Source of the DNA: Phoronis australis | Taxonomy: Eukaryota > Animalia > Phoronida | NCBI GenBank assembly: GCA_002633005.1 | Contig: NMRA01000470.1 | Location: forward strand, 62,001 to 126,000 | Length of the DNA: 64,000 nucleotides | Direction: 5' to 3' | Shown here: piece after piece, positions 13,339-26,298 of the stretch | Position numbering within the stretch: the stretch's first letter is position 1 | How the letters are laid out: each line of letters opens with the position of its first letter | The notes under the pieces: generated by a model | The model's input: the letters and a program-made list of their open reading frames with translations, nothing else | Told to the model about the DNA's origin: nothing | Databases searched by the model: none | Made by a program: the position numbers and the translations under genes

Positions 13339-14654
13339 ACAGGGAATTTGAGCAGAGAGATAGAGGCACGGAGATAGAGAAAGAGGGGTGGGTGAGGGAG
13401 GGTGAGCGAGAGGGAGAGAGCAAAAGGGGACCCATTTGTATACAATTTAACTATTAGGCATTGTCATTTACGTGTATAACTGTCCGAATCGATAACACCA
13501 ACTTGAGAACTGTGCAACGTTTTTTTTCGTAAAACTCTAATGGCAATACGTTACCTTCACTACCAAAGATGGAATTTCGTAATACATTTTAAGTACGGTA
13601 GACCAATAAAACTGTACCATTTTTAAAACTTTTGATCAGCACAAAATTGTCTTGTGTGCCTGGAAACAATGGTACACATTCGTAATTTCATTACTGATTT
13701 TTTCTAAAATTAATAAATTTCAGGGAGAATTTTTTAAACAAATCTTAATAATTTTGTTTCTTCATGCTAAAAAACAAAAAAGCAGGACTTGAAAGTTTCA
13801 TGTCAAAAATCTCGTTTCTGGAAAATTTTCACTGACAGTAAAGGGCACCGACACCGTAAGCGTAGGTCGACTCTCAAATTTTGCATCCAGCCCAGGCAGT
13901 TATTAGATCTACTTGCTCTTATGTATTTTTGACGAGGTGGCAAGCAGAACAAAACTGGTGGTGTGAAATTTCGAGGCTTGTATAAAATATACACACGTCG
14001 ATCCTTAACTGCATTTTGACCGACATTTGAGTTTCTATATATGGATTCTTATGAATGACTCTTCGAATGCCAAACATGTGATGTCTCTCCTCGTGTTGAA
14101 AAAATATAATCTTAATCATCTTCCTCATAATTAGAAGACTCCTATAAAATGTTTACACAACTGTCTACATTATTACAGTCATAATTCCACACAGATCTGT
14201 GCAGGAGAGTCATGTATTTAAACATGAAATAACTTGTTTTTGCACGCAGACTTTCTGCCCTACCAGCTGGTGTGATTTAACACGTTGGGTGGAGCAGATG
14301 GCATTGTTGGTTAACTAAACTTGATACCATCTGCTGATCTGTTAATTTGAGCAGGAGAGGGAGTATTACTGATCTGTCTGACGGCCCTTAAGTGGATGGC
14401 ATTGTATGCAACTTGAGCGCATCTACGTTAGGGGGTAAATTAGACTCTGTCACAGTTTCTTAGTCTGAAGAGTTGGCAACGTTGAATTGATTTTGTGGTG
14501 TCTTGACTGTTTGAACCAGCTCAATTTTGGAGCCATTTTTTGGGTTTCTGGTGATCCTTTTCCATCCAAAGTCCAATTTTCTGCCATGTGCCACTCGGTG
14601 TTCAATATGACACGTTCATTTATTTTAGGGTAGACTTCGGGATTGTTCTGAAAC

Positions 14655-14735
14655 CCCCTCGACCCCCACACCCCTCGACCCACGACTCCTTCGACCCATG
14701 ATTCCCTCGACCCACGGCCCCCTCGACCCACGACC
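14655..14735. repeat. 15-bp tandem repeat (cccctcgacccacga), about 5 copies
   Basis: Directly visible degenerate tandem array. Confidence 0.85.
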
Positions 14736-15208
14736 TGTGGCAATAGAGGAATCTGTGCGCTTTTTACATATTTCATAATCTTATTACGTCGCTGGGTGAC
14801 TTTCCTATCAGACATACCTACACTCGAGTCTGCTCTGGCTGAAGCCTGGTGACTTAAAACAGAATGTGGCGTGAGAACGCCGGTGTTCTTGAATAGCGCA
14901 TTGTGAGCGCGCTGTCGTTGTCACGGAAATAGTTTCACGAGCGGCTATCAATGGCCCTGTTCTAATAAACTTAGGGAGAGAGTACGTTAACATGAATGTA
15001 CATAATTTCATATTTTTATTATTTGCTTTATACTGTATACTCGTTTACAATATACTCCGTATAACGTTGAAATCTTTTTAGTTAACATTTTGTTTTTTCA
15101 AACTGGTGAAATTACAGTTTTGTCGGTTCCTCGCACTCTGCAATTCACTGAAAAGCAGACGAGACGATTACACTCTGCCGGGAACATTTGTAAGGTTTAG
15201 TACATGTA

Positions 15209-15410
15209 GCAGGGGCGGATCCAGGATTTTGAGTTAGGGGCAGCCAGGGCACAGGAATAACCAGAATTTCGGCAGATGCACGCGCCCAGCCTAAAATGTA
15301 GGGATGCGGGGGTCTCGATTTTTTTACTAAAAAAAAACGGTACAAGGGGTTTGTTCAGGGCCTATGCATTGTTTATTCACCCCGCGAGAACCCCCCCCCC
15401 CCNCCGCGAA
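15209..15410 (+). mobile_element. Fragment of a caggggcggatccagg-type MITE (related fragment at 48393-48540)
   Basis: Both loci share the start caggggcggat(cc/at)aggattttgagtt.ggg and end in poly-C runs. Confidence 0.55.
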
Positions 15411-18292
15411 CATCTAATCTATCTTATAATTTCAACTGAATCATAAAGAAATAGGTTTTTGTGTGGTACTTCGACTGGTTGCCCATTTTGTCTGTTATGA
15501 ATCATTCAGTGTTCAGTATTATGCGATGCGCGATTGCTGATCAGTATTGGGCCGGTACCTAAAATATCTAATCTAAGTCAGTTTTGGCCCTTCGAAAGGA
15601 TCCTAGGGCCTCACCCAAAAGGCAAGCACAGGCAGGCATCCATTTCTGCCCATACCGCAGTGCGCTATATGTGCCCCTGTGGTCAGGTTCATGGGAAGTG
15701 CTCTGGGATGCCGTTTTATTGGTTGGTAAAGCTGAACAATGCTTTTGACGTCGTGCAACAACGAGGCTTATCTGGTGGATCAAAGTTGGTTTTACAAAAC
15801 TCAGCCGTGAAGCACATTTTGCAGCAGTAAACTGCTCAATTGGCACTGACGCTTCCTGGTCAGGACGCCAACATGAACGTAGGTACAAGGTGATGTAGAT
15901 GTAAAGTTTTTATTTGCGCGATTGTGAATTGTTGATTTTATTTAAACTTGCGTTGATGACAGCTTGGATCGCAGTGTACAATGTAGAAAAATAAACACTT
16001 TTAGAACTGATAAATATCAGACGTGCATACTAAAAAAAAGGAAAAGCGAAAAGTACATGCCTAAAAAACGTTTAATTAATTCGAATTGATGCAACCGCTT
16101 TTGTTTCATCAATTTTCGGTCCTAAAACCGAGTATGCACCTTTAAACATTTGAGTTTCTACTGTATGTCCGCCAACTTTTGAAGATAGACTTATTTGAAA
16201 ATTGTTGGGCTATTTATAATTTCTCGTTTCAGTAAAAGCGATTCACGGGAGAAGGCAGACTTTTAACTTCAACTGATTTCTTCATACATTCTTAATCTAA
16301 CCAGGTTGGTGTGCAGTGCCAGACAGCAACACTTTACTTCACCCGATTTTCTACATGAGATGCTCCTTAAATTAAAGTCCTCCAGATATCTTGCAAGTCG
16401 CAACTACACTTAACCGTCTATTGGATTGTTGGTACCGACAAAGCATACGATCAAACGAGTACGGGGAATTTAATTTGATCCGCAGACTTCGAAAAAAATC
16501 CCACTAGCATATTAAACGTACACTCAGACTTATAGTTCGAAGTACGTAAACAGCATAATAGGTGGTTCATAGATTCAAGACATAAGGCTACACTGCATAA
16601 GGGAATCTGTTTTAAGGCCTTACCTGGGATAATTAACAGTTCACAAAGATATAGAAGAAAACGTTTAAGCGATATAATCCGACGTGCCATCCCTTAAAGG
16701 TTGCAAAGTTCATTTGATCGTTGTCATTTATCGCGTTCACTATGTTCAAAGGTATATTTTCTGAGATAAGCAACAGTATTTAGCAAACAGGTAACAAGAT
16801 AAACATTGCATGATTGTGTAGCGGTATACTTATATCGTGAAATAATTTATCACCGTCTTTGTTAACACCTTTGTCTGTATTTGGACAGTTTTCAATTAAG
16901 ATTGTTGAAAATTCAGCATAAACACCTTGAAATTGAATCCTGGATTTTAGCAAAACAGTATGATACGCTAAAGTCCATAAAAATATTTCCATGTGATCAG
17001 TGCAATGGGCCCACATGCGAGGCCTGCGCACGTTTGGTACAACGCGTATCAGACCGCCTGCAATTACATTTTTTATAAAGTCCGTTTTGGTCTGGGTCTT
17101 TTGAAAACAGAGTCGACGATACGGTATATTTTAAGTGCTCACTCTGAGTTTAATGTTAATTTTTCACTCAATCCAAAACACATTGTTCGGGGGGAGCTGG
17201 CGGCACTGTGCAACGGCAATCGCGTGTTTCTGCATTTGAAACCACGTTTATACCGTTTTGAAAATTCATTGAGAAGCAAGCTCAAATCGCTCAATAATTA
17301 TGTAATTGCGAAAAAGGTTTAACTATTTTGAGGCTTTTATTTTCATGCTCAGTTAGACATTGAATACGTAACCAACATTAGACGAAACATTACATTTTTT
17401 CATGTGAAGTTTGCACTGCATTCTCGCGCATCACTATACGTCGTTCGGCCTGGGCGGATTTTCATATTTTTTTCATTCATTTGTTCGAGTCGCAACGAAA
17501 CAGTGTAAACAAATTAAGGAAGTTTGCGCTAACTTTTATCTGGTTTGCATGTTCAACGACATTTATAGTATTTGTACGAAAGGTAAGTCTTAGAATTTTG
17601 CCGGATATTTCGAACCGTTCGGCTATCTCAAATTGGCTGCTCCGTCGATTACACTTCGAGTCCACTCCGGCAACTGGCATTAGGGGTAGGGCAATTCCTT
17701 TGAATTTCGGGTCTGTATACTTAATTTTCAACGATTAATTGTCTGTGTACTGGTAATTTGCGCTGGATGCAATATTCTCTACACTCGCCATGCGGGGGAT
17801 TCCGTATGAGTTCACCCTGACGTCACAGAGCAGGAAGGGCTCCCAGAAATATGGCCGTCAGTATTTGTCGATCGTCATTTTGATATTTATTGTAAAATAT
17901 ACGGCAATAGTCTCTAATGTCGAGTTGTTTCTAATTATTTATCGAACTAAAACAATTGATTGTAGGTTTCAATAAATTTATTAGTCACAAATGTTAAAAT
18001 TCTTCGCTTAGCCGCCGTTTTTGTCGAGATTGTCTTGAAACAAGCCGTCTTTTTTCTGTCTTGGTCGTGCCGTCCAAAGACGTCAGTTTTTAAAATGGCC
18101 TTCCCAATGACGGCCAAGACGGCCGCTAGATGATTCTCTGTATATAATCACACCAACAAATCCATAATCGCATCTCCAAAGGCTTACTTCACAAGCCAGT
18201 TGTTGGACAGATATTGTCAGGCACATGAGCTGGAACACATAGTGCGCTTTTTACGACCAAACTGCCGATCATAAGAATTTATCAGTATCAGT

Positions 18293-21200
18293 CTATTCTA
18301 AAATACTTGGCAATAAGAGTTCCAGATGAAAAAAAAATGTTACAGACAAAGCTAATGCTGAACACGTGATTTCCGCTTTAAAAGTGATCGAACCGGAAGT
18401 ACACAACTCATGTTTCTTATCGAATTCTTTCTGGGACCACCACATGTGACAGTCGCAATCGTACAAATCGTACGACATATACCTGCAACAAAACGTATTC
18501 TATCATTTATTTTAACAGATACGTTCAATTTAAACTAATTTCATAAATAAAAAGGTCTCGAATACAGTTTTGGTGATCATCTTGTTCATCCACTGAACTT
18601 GACAAACCGCCAAACGGTGTGGTAAACCTCGTCTGGCCAATAGACAACTCTATTTACACAAGTTATGAAACACTGATTTCAAGAACTTATAAGGCTAATC
18701 GCCACATAAAGTGTTATTGTGCCTATTAGAGGTGAGCGTTTTCAGTTGCCTAAACACATTAAACAAAGGCTATTTAGCTCACCTACTCCGGTGAGTTTAG
18801 TTCAGAAAATGGACGGAATGATTACATTTGACAAATTTTCTGACGTCTGTTCTTACAATTTTAGCAAAAAGAAAGATGAAAAACAATATCTAGCAAAAAC
18901 ACTTTACATGCGCGCACCCAGCCTTCGATATTGGGGTCTCGAATTCCCGACGTTGTGGACCATTTGCTAACAAAAGAGCGGACGGAATTAAAAAAAAAAC
19001 AAAAAAACGGAGCACCTCTGTGAATTGCGACTTTGCGCTTATTTAGTGGACTTTTGTTCCAATTTCTCAGACTTTTTGTCTCTCGGGGCGGACCTTTTTG
19101 CCCACTTCGCCAATTGGGGGGCTCGTTCGAGCCCCGAAAGCCCCCCCCCTCCTGGGTGCGCGCATGCTTTACGTTTTCGTCACTGGTTTTTGTTAATGGA
19201 CTGTAGGTAATGATTGGTACCGTATCCAGAAAAAGTTTCTGAAATAAGCCGTTGAGGAGTAAGAAATAGAAGCTATAAATAAAATTTTGATGCTGTTTTT
19301 TGAAATTTTCTTGGAAAAAATCTCCCCAATAAACCAGTCTAATTAGTTTGCGCATCTTTGTCACGCAGCATTTTGAATTTATTCTAATTATCATGCATTT
19401 ATTTGAAAAACAATAAACTCAGTGGCAGGTGGTTCATATTGGAAAAACTAACCTTCCTCCGCAAGTTTTATATCCTCTGCTTGGAAAGTGTGGATGCGTT
19501 GTTGTCTTTGTTAGATCTAGCGGTAACTGCAAACTGTCACGTCTGTATTGCGCAGGCGTGAAGCAAGTTCCAGTAAGTAATGTTCTTGGGTTTCGCGTCT
19601 TGTTGAAGAGAACACAGTCGCAGTGAATGGGGTTGCTGGAATGAGAGATTTTAGCGTTTGGACACTGTTTCAACTGCAGTTGACTTTTAATTTTTCACCG
19701 TAAAGCATTCCGTTCAATTGAGATTGAACAATTGAATTGCCTTTGAATGTATGATTGAGTTGCACATATCCAAGAAGTGAAAATTCCAGCACGTGCTGTC
19801 AGTATTCGAATGAATTTAAGATTAAACATGCTTTTTAAAATACGTTTAAGTTGGTTAGACCGTCTTAACAACATTCGAAGTGTTTCTATGGAACTGAATA
19901 TGATGTCATTGTATTACGCCGCTATTGTAAAGCTTATTTGCAAATATCAGGGATCTCCTGCTGTTTAGAATGTCTATCCCTACTTGGAAATGTAACATCT
20001 GTACCCCGGCTCTTGGCCGGCCCTAGGGTGAATGAAAATATGTCCGTTTTGTAAAGACACAACGTTCGCATATTCAGCGTACGAGTGAAATGTGAAACCG
20101 AATCACACTAAATGTTTAATGGCTGGAACCAGTATTACCGTTTATAAGTGTGTCGAGGCCCATGCGCATATAATTGAAATAAGACGTTTTTTATCATGGC
20201 TAGACACGTCAACACTGATTTTAGCTCAAGTTTCACTCACATTCTATTTCAAAAAGACGCTACTTCATTCTCTCCCAAGTGTTTCGCACACGGTCGCTAA
20301 TTCAGGAAGCTCAACATCATTTGTAGGTGCATGGGTTTAAATATGCTTATAAATGGCAACACAAAGACATCACCAGGAAGGAACACAATTGGTTTGGCAC
20401 ATTTTAACGTGTTTTCAAACGTAACTTCAAAAGAAGTAATGTTAAAGTGGTCAGCAATTCAAGTATTGTGTATGAATATTGACATCACTTCGGTCCCCAA
20501 AGACTGCATAATTATTAGTGACGCTGGAATGCTTTGAACGGGACAGGTTTGCCCTTACAAAAGACGCCTCTTCGGGCACGATCCTCTTATTTCGACCGTT
20601 AGATGTCCCTGATATATGTAACTGAGACGCCACACCTCATGCGTCATATGAAATGAGCTTCCAAAACGAACCGTCAGATGCCACTAGTGTATGACTTGAA
20701 AACTGCATGGCAAGCACTGCTGGTGGGCTTTAGGTGGGTGATCTGTCTGGGGGAAAATAAATAGTTACACTATTTCACAATGTACGGAAGGTAGCACTGT
20801 CGAATTTTGTTTAACATGGCGTCTCATTGGCTAAAATAACAAATTCGACGTCACAACATATTCAGTCGTTCCCATTGGTGTAGTTCGGTGGCAGCCCTTC
20901 GGTTAACACAAACTTCGTTGAAAACACGACTAAACTTTGTTTGAAAGCTTGATAATGAATCGCTCGTAATGTCCAAACAATCTCCTTTCTTCAGGTGTGC
21001 AGCTATATAAAAAACACCGAGAGACATAAATAAACAAATTAAAACACTAGCTATATCATTTCGAGACTGCATGTCTCATCATCAAGCAATAAGTGGAATG
21101 AACACAGACGTAGCGAAATAAACATTGAAATACTCGTGACAGAGGGAAGGGGGGCATACAAGCGGAGAGTGTGAATGCAACAATTCTATAGGTAACCCAC

Positions 21201-24200
21201 AACCTTGCAGTCGCCAAAAACGTAGATTGGCCCTACGGCGATCCCGTGGCGCGAAGAAAAACAAAATGTGTGACGGGTAGGGGAAAACTATGAAACACTA
21301 CTGGCGGTGTCACTACGGTGATGGTGGTAGAGACGCCGTGCTTCTGGTGTGACGGGGGTATAAACAGGCACCGATGTCCGCACGTTTATGATAAGCTGAA
21401 GTGTGAGACTTTTAGGAAGGGACGCTGAATGTAATTTTAGATGAATGCGATGGGAATGAGAGCATCGAGGATTACAGAGAGAGAAAGGAAGCTCCAATGA
21501 TTGCTTTATTTGAAGACCAGGAGCGAAACGGTGACTAATATAAATTAATGAAGTATACATCATACTGTAGGTATCTACAGATTCAAGAAATTATATTTTG
21601 TCCAAATGATTTTATTCTTGGTGGCTGCAGGTGTCCGCCATAAAATAAAATTTGCAAATGTCGTTTTATTTACGCCCACAGCAAATTTCTCCAAGAATAA
21701 GAATGATGTCCAGAGTAAAAAGTTTGTCTACTTGACAGGCAGACGTGAAAAGTTTAATGTTGACCACGTCAATAAAGCTCTGTCAGGGGATGAAAATGAT
21801 TTGATATACGCCCCTCTAAATTCCAACTCTGTCTCATTCCCTACACCTGAATATTTTCCCGGAACAGCAAGCATCCAAATTTTACTACTCGGGACTCGAC
21901 GCGCGACCAAGCTCTGTACCTGGGAAACAAATTCTAGTCTAAAACAACCCGTCCTGCGTTGGATCGTGACCCTAACTTCAGTGCCAACTCGTAGGTCCGG
22001 GACGACTGTGTGGTACTCGCCGGGGTACAGAGTACTTTCGGTGTGTGCATGCGGAGTTAGGGGGAGGGGGTGGGGTACGGTACTTGTACCGTGGTCTTAT
22101 GTTTGCTAGTTCTCAAACACATCGGTTGTAAGCCGAGCTCGCTTCAGCAGCTGGTGTTCTCAGCGGAATATCACTGGCTGTCAAAACTCACCAAATGAGT
22201 TATTCAGTCTTTGACGGCAACGGTTTGTTGTTTGCAAGTCATCCAGGGTCACTCTACTATGCAAGCACCCAGTCTTAATTTTTGACAATGTGGACCTTTT
22301 ACTGTCAAAAAACGGGGGACTAAAAACGGGGTACCACGTTGAGAGCTATGAATTGTGCATTCGCGCAATTTTTAGCGGATTTTGTCTCATTTTCTCGGAC
22401 TTTTTGTTTCTCTAAGGCGGACCTTATTGCCCACTTCACTAAGTGGGGGGGTCGTTTGAGCCCCCCTCCCCCCGATCGCAGCACATTGTATTCTACGTAC
22501 CGAACCGACTTGATTTTCACATTGTGTTTACGGGTGATTATACGTTCGTCATATTCGATGGCGCCATTTTGAAGATGTATAGATAACCGGAGGGAAAGAC
22601 ATTGTCGTTTGACCAATTTAGCATTGCTTGCCATTTGAACGACGACTTTCCTTCATAGGGCATACAAACTCATAAACAACACCACACTGGACAACGGGAT
22701 ATTATTGAAATTAGAAAAACGGCGGTCTAGCCAGTTGTTCCTTTCTGGTAATGCCTTCATGATGGTCTATATTTTTAAACTTACTCGTTCAACCAAATTC
22801 TTTTGATTTGGTCTCTGCATGGCTTGTAAAATCCAGTTTTGATGATCACGTTCCTCCTCAGATCAATTTCTTTGTCTCCAGATGGTAAATTAAAAGCTTT
22901 GTCCTCAATAGATGCGATTTTGTTACCTGACAAGTTGATCACGCGTAACGTTTCAAATCCCTGAAAATCTTTGCTGCGGATTTTGTCAATGGCATTGTTG
23001 GCTAAATCTAAATGTCGTAGGTTCCGAATGTCTTTCAATGAATCACCTGGTACCTGAGTGAGTCCCATACTCCTTGCTCGTAGAACTTCGATAGCATTGC
23101 CATCTATGAAGAATATAGTGTATTACAACAAACATTTCTTTCTTTTGTTTTCACCAGCTTAAAACACAAAACGGACATCTTAAATCGAGAGATAAACTTA
23201 AACAATTGAAAAATTTGTGAATCACAGAACAGTGTGTACAATTTTTATTAACAAGCCCATGGAAGTTAAATCCAGTGTCTCTGTGGCGGTCATTTTATTA
23301 GTGACCCTCCGAATCTCAAGAAAATAAAAGAACATATTTCTTCTTCGAAACTTCTGTTCAAGGGTAACTTTTCGTGAATATGTTTTGTGTCCAGTTAAGC
23401 GGCTGTGTTCAAATTTTTAAGTTTAGAGTTGAAAAAATAGTTTATGTTAAAACTGCGAATCTAAGTAGGTTCACTGCTAAATACGTATTGTGAACTAGCC
23501 TCAGTGACTAGGTCACTGTCACTTAACCAAGTTTTTTAAAACATTAAACAATAATCCAAGCAAGGCGAACAATTTGTAAATTTCATTTACGCGCCGTTTT
23601 TCAAATGCGATGTGGTACGATTGTCGGCTCATACACATCCAGGGAATTCACAGACACCTTGGTAAACAACATGAAAGAAAACAGCAGTTCTAACTTGTCT
23701 GCGCTAGAGTTAAAAGCAGCCACTAGGACATGCATTTTGGTGCGAGTAAGACAAAGTAACAACCATAGAAAAAATGTATCAAAGAAACACAGACTAGCAA
23801 GTTTTTTGCACAAAACATTCTAGAATTTCGCAAAATCCGATGGCACTGAAATTATTTTTCACCACCTAACTGGAAGGTGTTCAATAGATCAAGTGCGAGA
23901 AAAGTAAGACCTCGCAAGAACTCCCAAAATCGCGAGAGTGAAAGGAAAGTGTTTTTCCAGAATGTGGGCTTTTTTAAAGAGTTCTCACCATGCATTTCTT
24001 ATTTTTGAGGTTTCAGTTAGCTAAAAAACCGAATATCATAAAGTCTAACTAAATTAGCACCCTTTATGCCAAAATATATTTTTTAATTTTTGTCTTGTTT
24101 CTTAGCAGCAGGCATACCAAATATTAATAAACCTCTTAAGATGTATTAATAAAATTCTTTTGAGAAACAGGGTAATGGTGGGAACTCTTTAAGGGAAATG

Positions 24201-26298
24201 GCAGCCGTTGAAATGGTTCTTCTTGGAGGTTGGAGAGGGATTGACTTAAGTTTTTCCGTGCCAACGCTCATCGGAACGTAGCCCAAATTATACGTTCCAC
24301 AATACGTTTTAAAAACGACTACAGCGACGTACTGTAGGCAAAAATTGTATTACAATGCTTCATTATTACGTATAATAATATTAGTTTCTCACCAAATTAG
24401 GAGCAGAAAGTTGAAAACAAAAATGAAATAAGAGTACAGAATGAACGATGAGGAAAATATCAGTCAGAAATCGAAGCGTCGTTCATGCTGCACTATATCG
24501 CCGTTGATGTTTTCAACTTCCCACGTGTCCACAAGCCATGCGTTCACATTATTAATGGCACCGCGAAAGATAAATCATGAAAATTGCGATTTCATGGTCG
24601 AACTTTAATACTGTAAGTTCTAGGTTTCAGGGACTGTTTACTAGAAAGTACGCACCCGCAAACATATCCTCCGTCCATTTTAACTCTCCATTATCGGAAA
24701 TGTCTAACTCTCGCGCTCTTGACTCGTTGATGGCGGTGTAGGGTAGACTCTTGAACAAGTTGCTGGATATGTCCAGCGTGGTGAACATAAAACTGGAAAA
24801 GGCATCTGCAAGACAGATGATTTTGGTAAAATTTATGTCAAGAATAGGTGAAATGACATAAAACAATTCTGCTTTTGTAATCAATCGTGGTACTTATGCA
24901 AATAGATTTGTGTACGTCTCCAATGTTTATGTACATGAACCATATGTATAAAAAATCTGGCATTTTGAGAACATACTTTAAAATGTAAGCTAGGGGGCCT
25001 ACTTGGGAATGTTGTTCCCCGCGCTATACCGGCAACAAAAAATGAGCGCTTCCCAGCATTACAGCGAAAGGAAGAAAACGACGTGTTTAAAGACAGCCAT
25101 GCCCCCTCTCGGAGGAGTGAGGGAAACAAATTGCGTTTTAAGGACACCTCCATTCAAGGGAAAGTGGGTCCGGGCATTCAAAGATCAAGCCATTGCTTGG
25201 AGGGAAAACACTTCTCTATCAAAATGGCACTGAATATTAAACACAGTTGTTGTTTAGAAAGCCTACGAAAATCAAGTGTCAAAAGTTTGCATAGCAGCGT
25301 GGTCGTCAAAAATCTGCATCGTAATTAGATTTCAAAGTGCACTGGGTGCTGCCGTCAACAGTTTAATGCAGCTTCTTATTTCGGTGGTAAAAACATAAAT
25401 TTTCCATCGAATTACACCTGATGGGTAAAACAAGATCGAAATTTACATTGGGTCCTGCGTATTGCTTTGGTAAAAAGTGTCCCATGGTTTTCATCACTAA
25501 CGCATAAACATGTGTTCACATAAAACAACTCCGAAAAATTGTTGTCTATTTTAAGGGCAGGCTTGTATTAGTTTTAACAGACGACTCAGGAAATGTGTCC
25601 GTTAATGTCGAGTTCTGAAAATATTCATGAATGAACTGTGAATGTCGATCTAGGGTATATCACGCTCAATTGCATAGTGGCATATCGCTCGAGTGACATC
25701 TATTATTGGAAATTATGGCCGCGACGATAAGCCCAAAACACAACATGTAGGCCCTGCCTAATGACGTACAAATTAGGCTTTCAAATGGCAAATCCAAATT
25801 CAGCCTACTTTTCACACTTTGAACAAATTCACTAGGTTCGGCAAATAGCCTAGAGGCGTCGAAATGCCATCTTTTGTGCACATGTGAAATATATTTGACC
25901 TGCCGACCGGATCTGGCTCCCATGCACATGTGAAGAACTTCTAAAAAATCTGGTCAGGATCACCAAATACTAGGTAACAGGAACACATACTAACCATCGG
26001 CAATATGTGACAATTTGTTTTTTCGCAGTATGACAGTTTCAATATATTTGTAGTGCATCGTAGAAACAACAACTTTGCTAAAGTTTGGTACGTATGTGAG
26101 ATTGCGGTCCCCGCAATCCACGTGCAAGGCGTATTCGCCACCCGAGTTCTTGGCATCCTGGGGAACGTAGCAAGCGCACTCAGATGGACATCCAGTGATG
26201 TCAGGGCCATACGGAAGTTTATCGGGGACGACTTCGGCTAGAATCGCCAAAAAGAAGGTTTTGACGATTGTCGCTACCACAACTGTTGATACCGTCAT
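18293..26298 (-). CDS. Extracellular leucine-rich-repeat protein (signal peptide, LRRNT, LRRs, LRRCT, hydrophobic tail); possibly pseudogenising
   Basis: Phase-consistent exons 25995-26298, 24656-24805, 22785-23103, 19453-19893 and 18293-18482 give 468 codons. Features: signal peptide MTVSTVVVATIVKTFFLAILA; LRRNT CPSECAC..VDCGDRNLTYVP; LRRs LRHLDLANNAI and LRVINLSGNKIASIEDKAF; LRRCT SNPIHCDC..GTCFTP; C-terminal ALALSVTFFFHLELLL. Predicted exon 4 has an in-frame TGA at 19695-19697, and that exon's 5' boundary is the least certain part of the model. Confidence 0.82.
18907..19166. mobile_element. MITE family A, with a perfect 5-bp TSD
   Basis: cttta|catgcgcgcacccag ... ctgggtgcgcgcatg|cttta. 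Confidence 0.9.
22270..22480. mobile_element. MITE family A, partial copy
   Basis: The core gagctatgaattgtgcattcgc..tttttgtttctctaaggcggacctt..gcccacttc matches the copy at 13089-13338. The TIRs are eroded. Confidence 0.75.
23978..24188. mobile_element. MITE with TTAA TSD (Kolobok-like)
   Basis: ttaa|agagttctcaccat ... atggtgggaactct|ttaa. Purine-purine termini with a TTAA duplication are typical of Kolobok elements. Confidence 0.7.

Noticed and set aside
18861-19394. 177-aa ORF
   Set aside because: It runs through a family A MITE and AT-rich intron sequence with no protein motifs.
19695-19697. Selenocysteine codon in the LRR gene
   Set aside because: It is not at a redox or Cys motif, I recognised no SECIS downstream, and the surrounding sequence is degenerate.
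21606-22109. 167-aa plus-strand ORF, and a candidate minus-strand LRR exon at about 21732-21840
   Set aside because: The ORF has no recognisable domain. The minus-strand candidate needs phase 1 but the upstream donor is phase 2.
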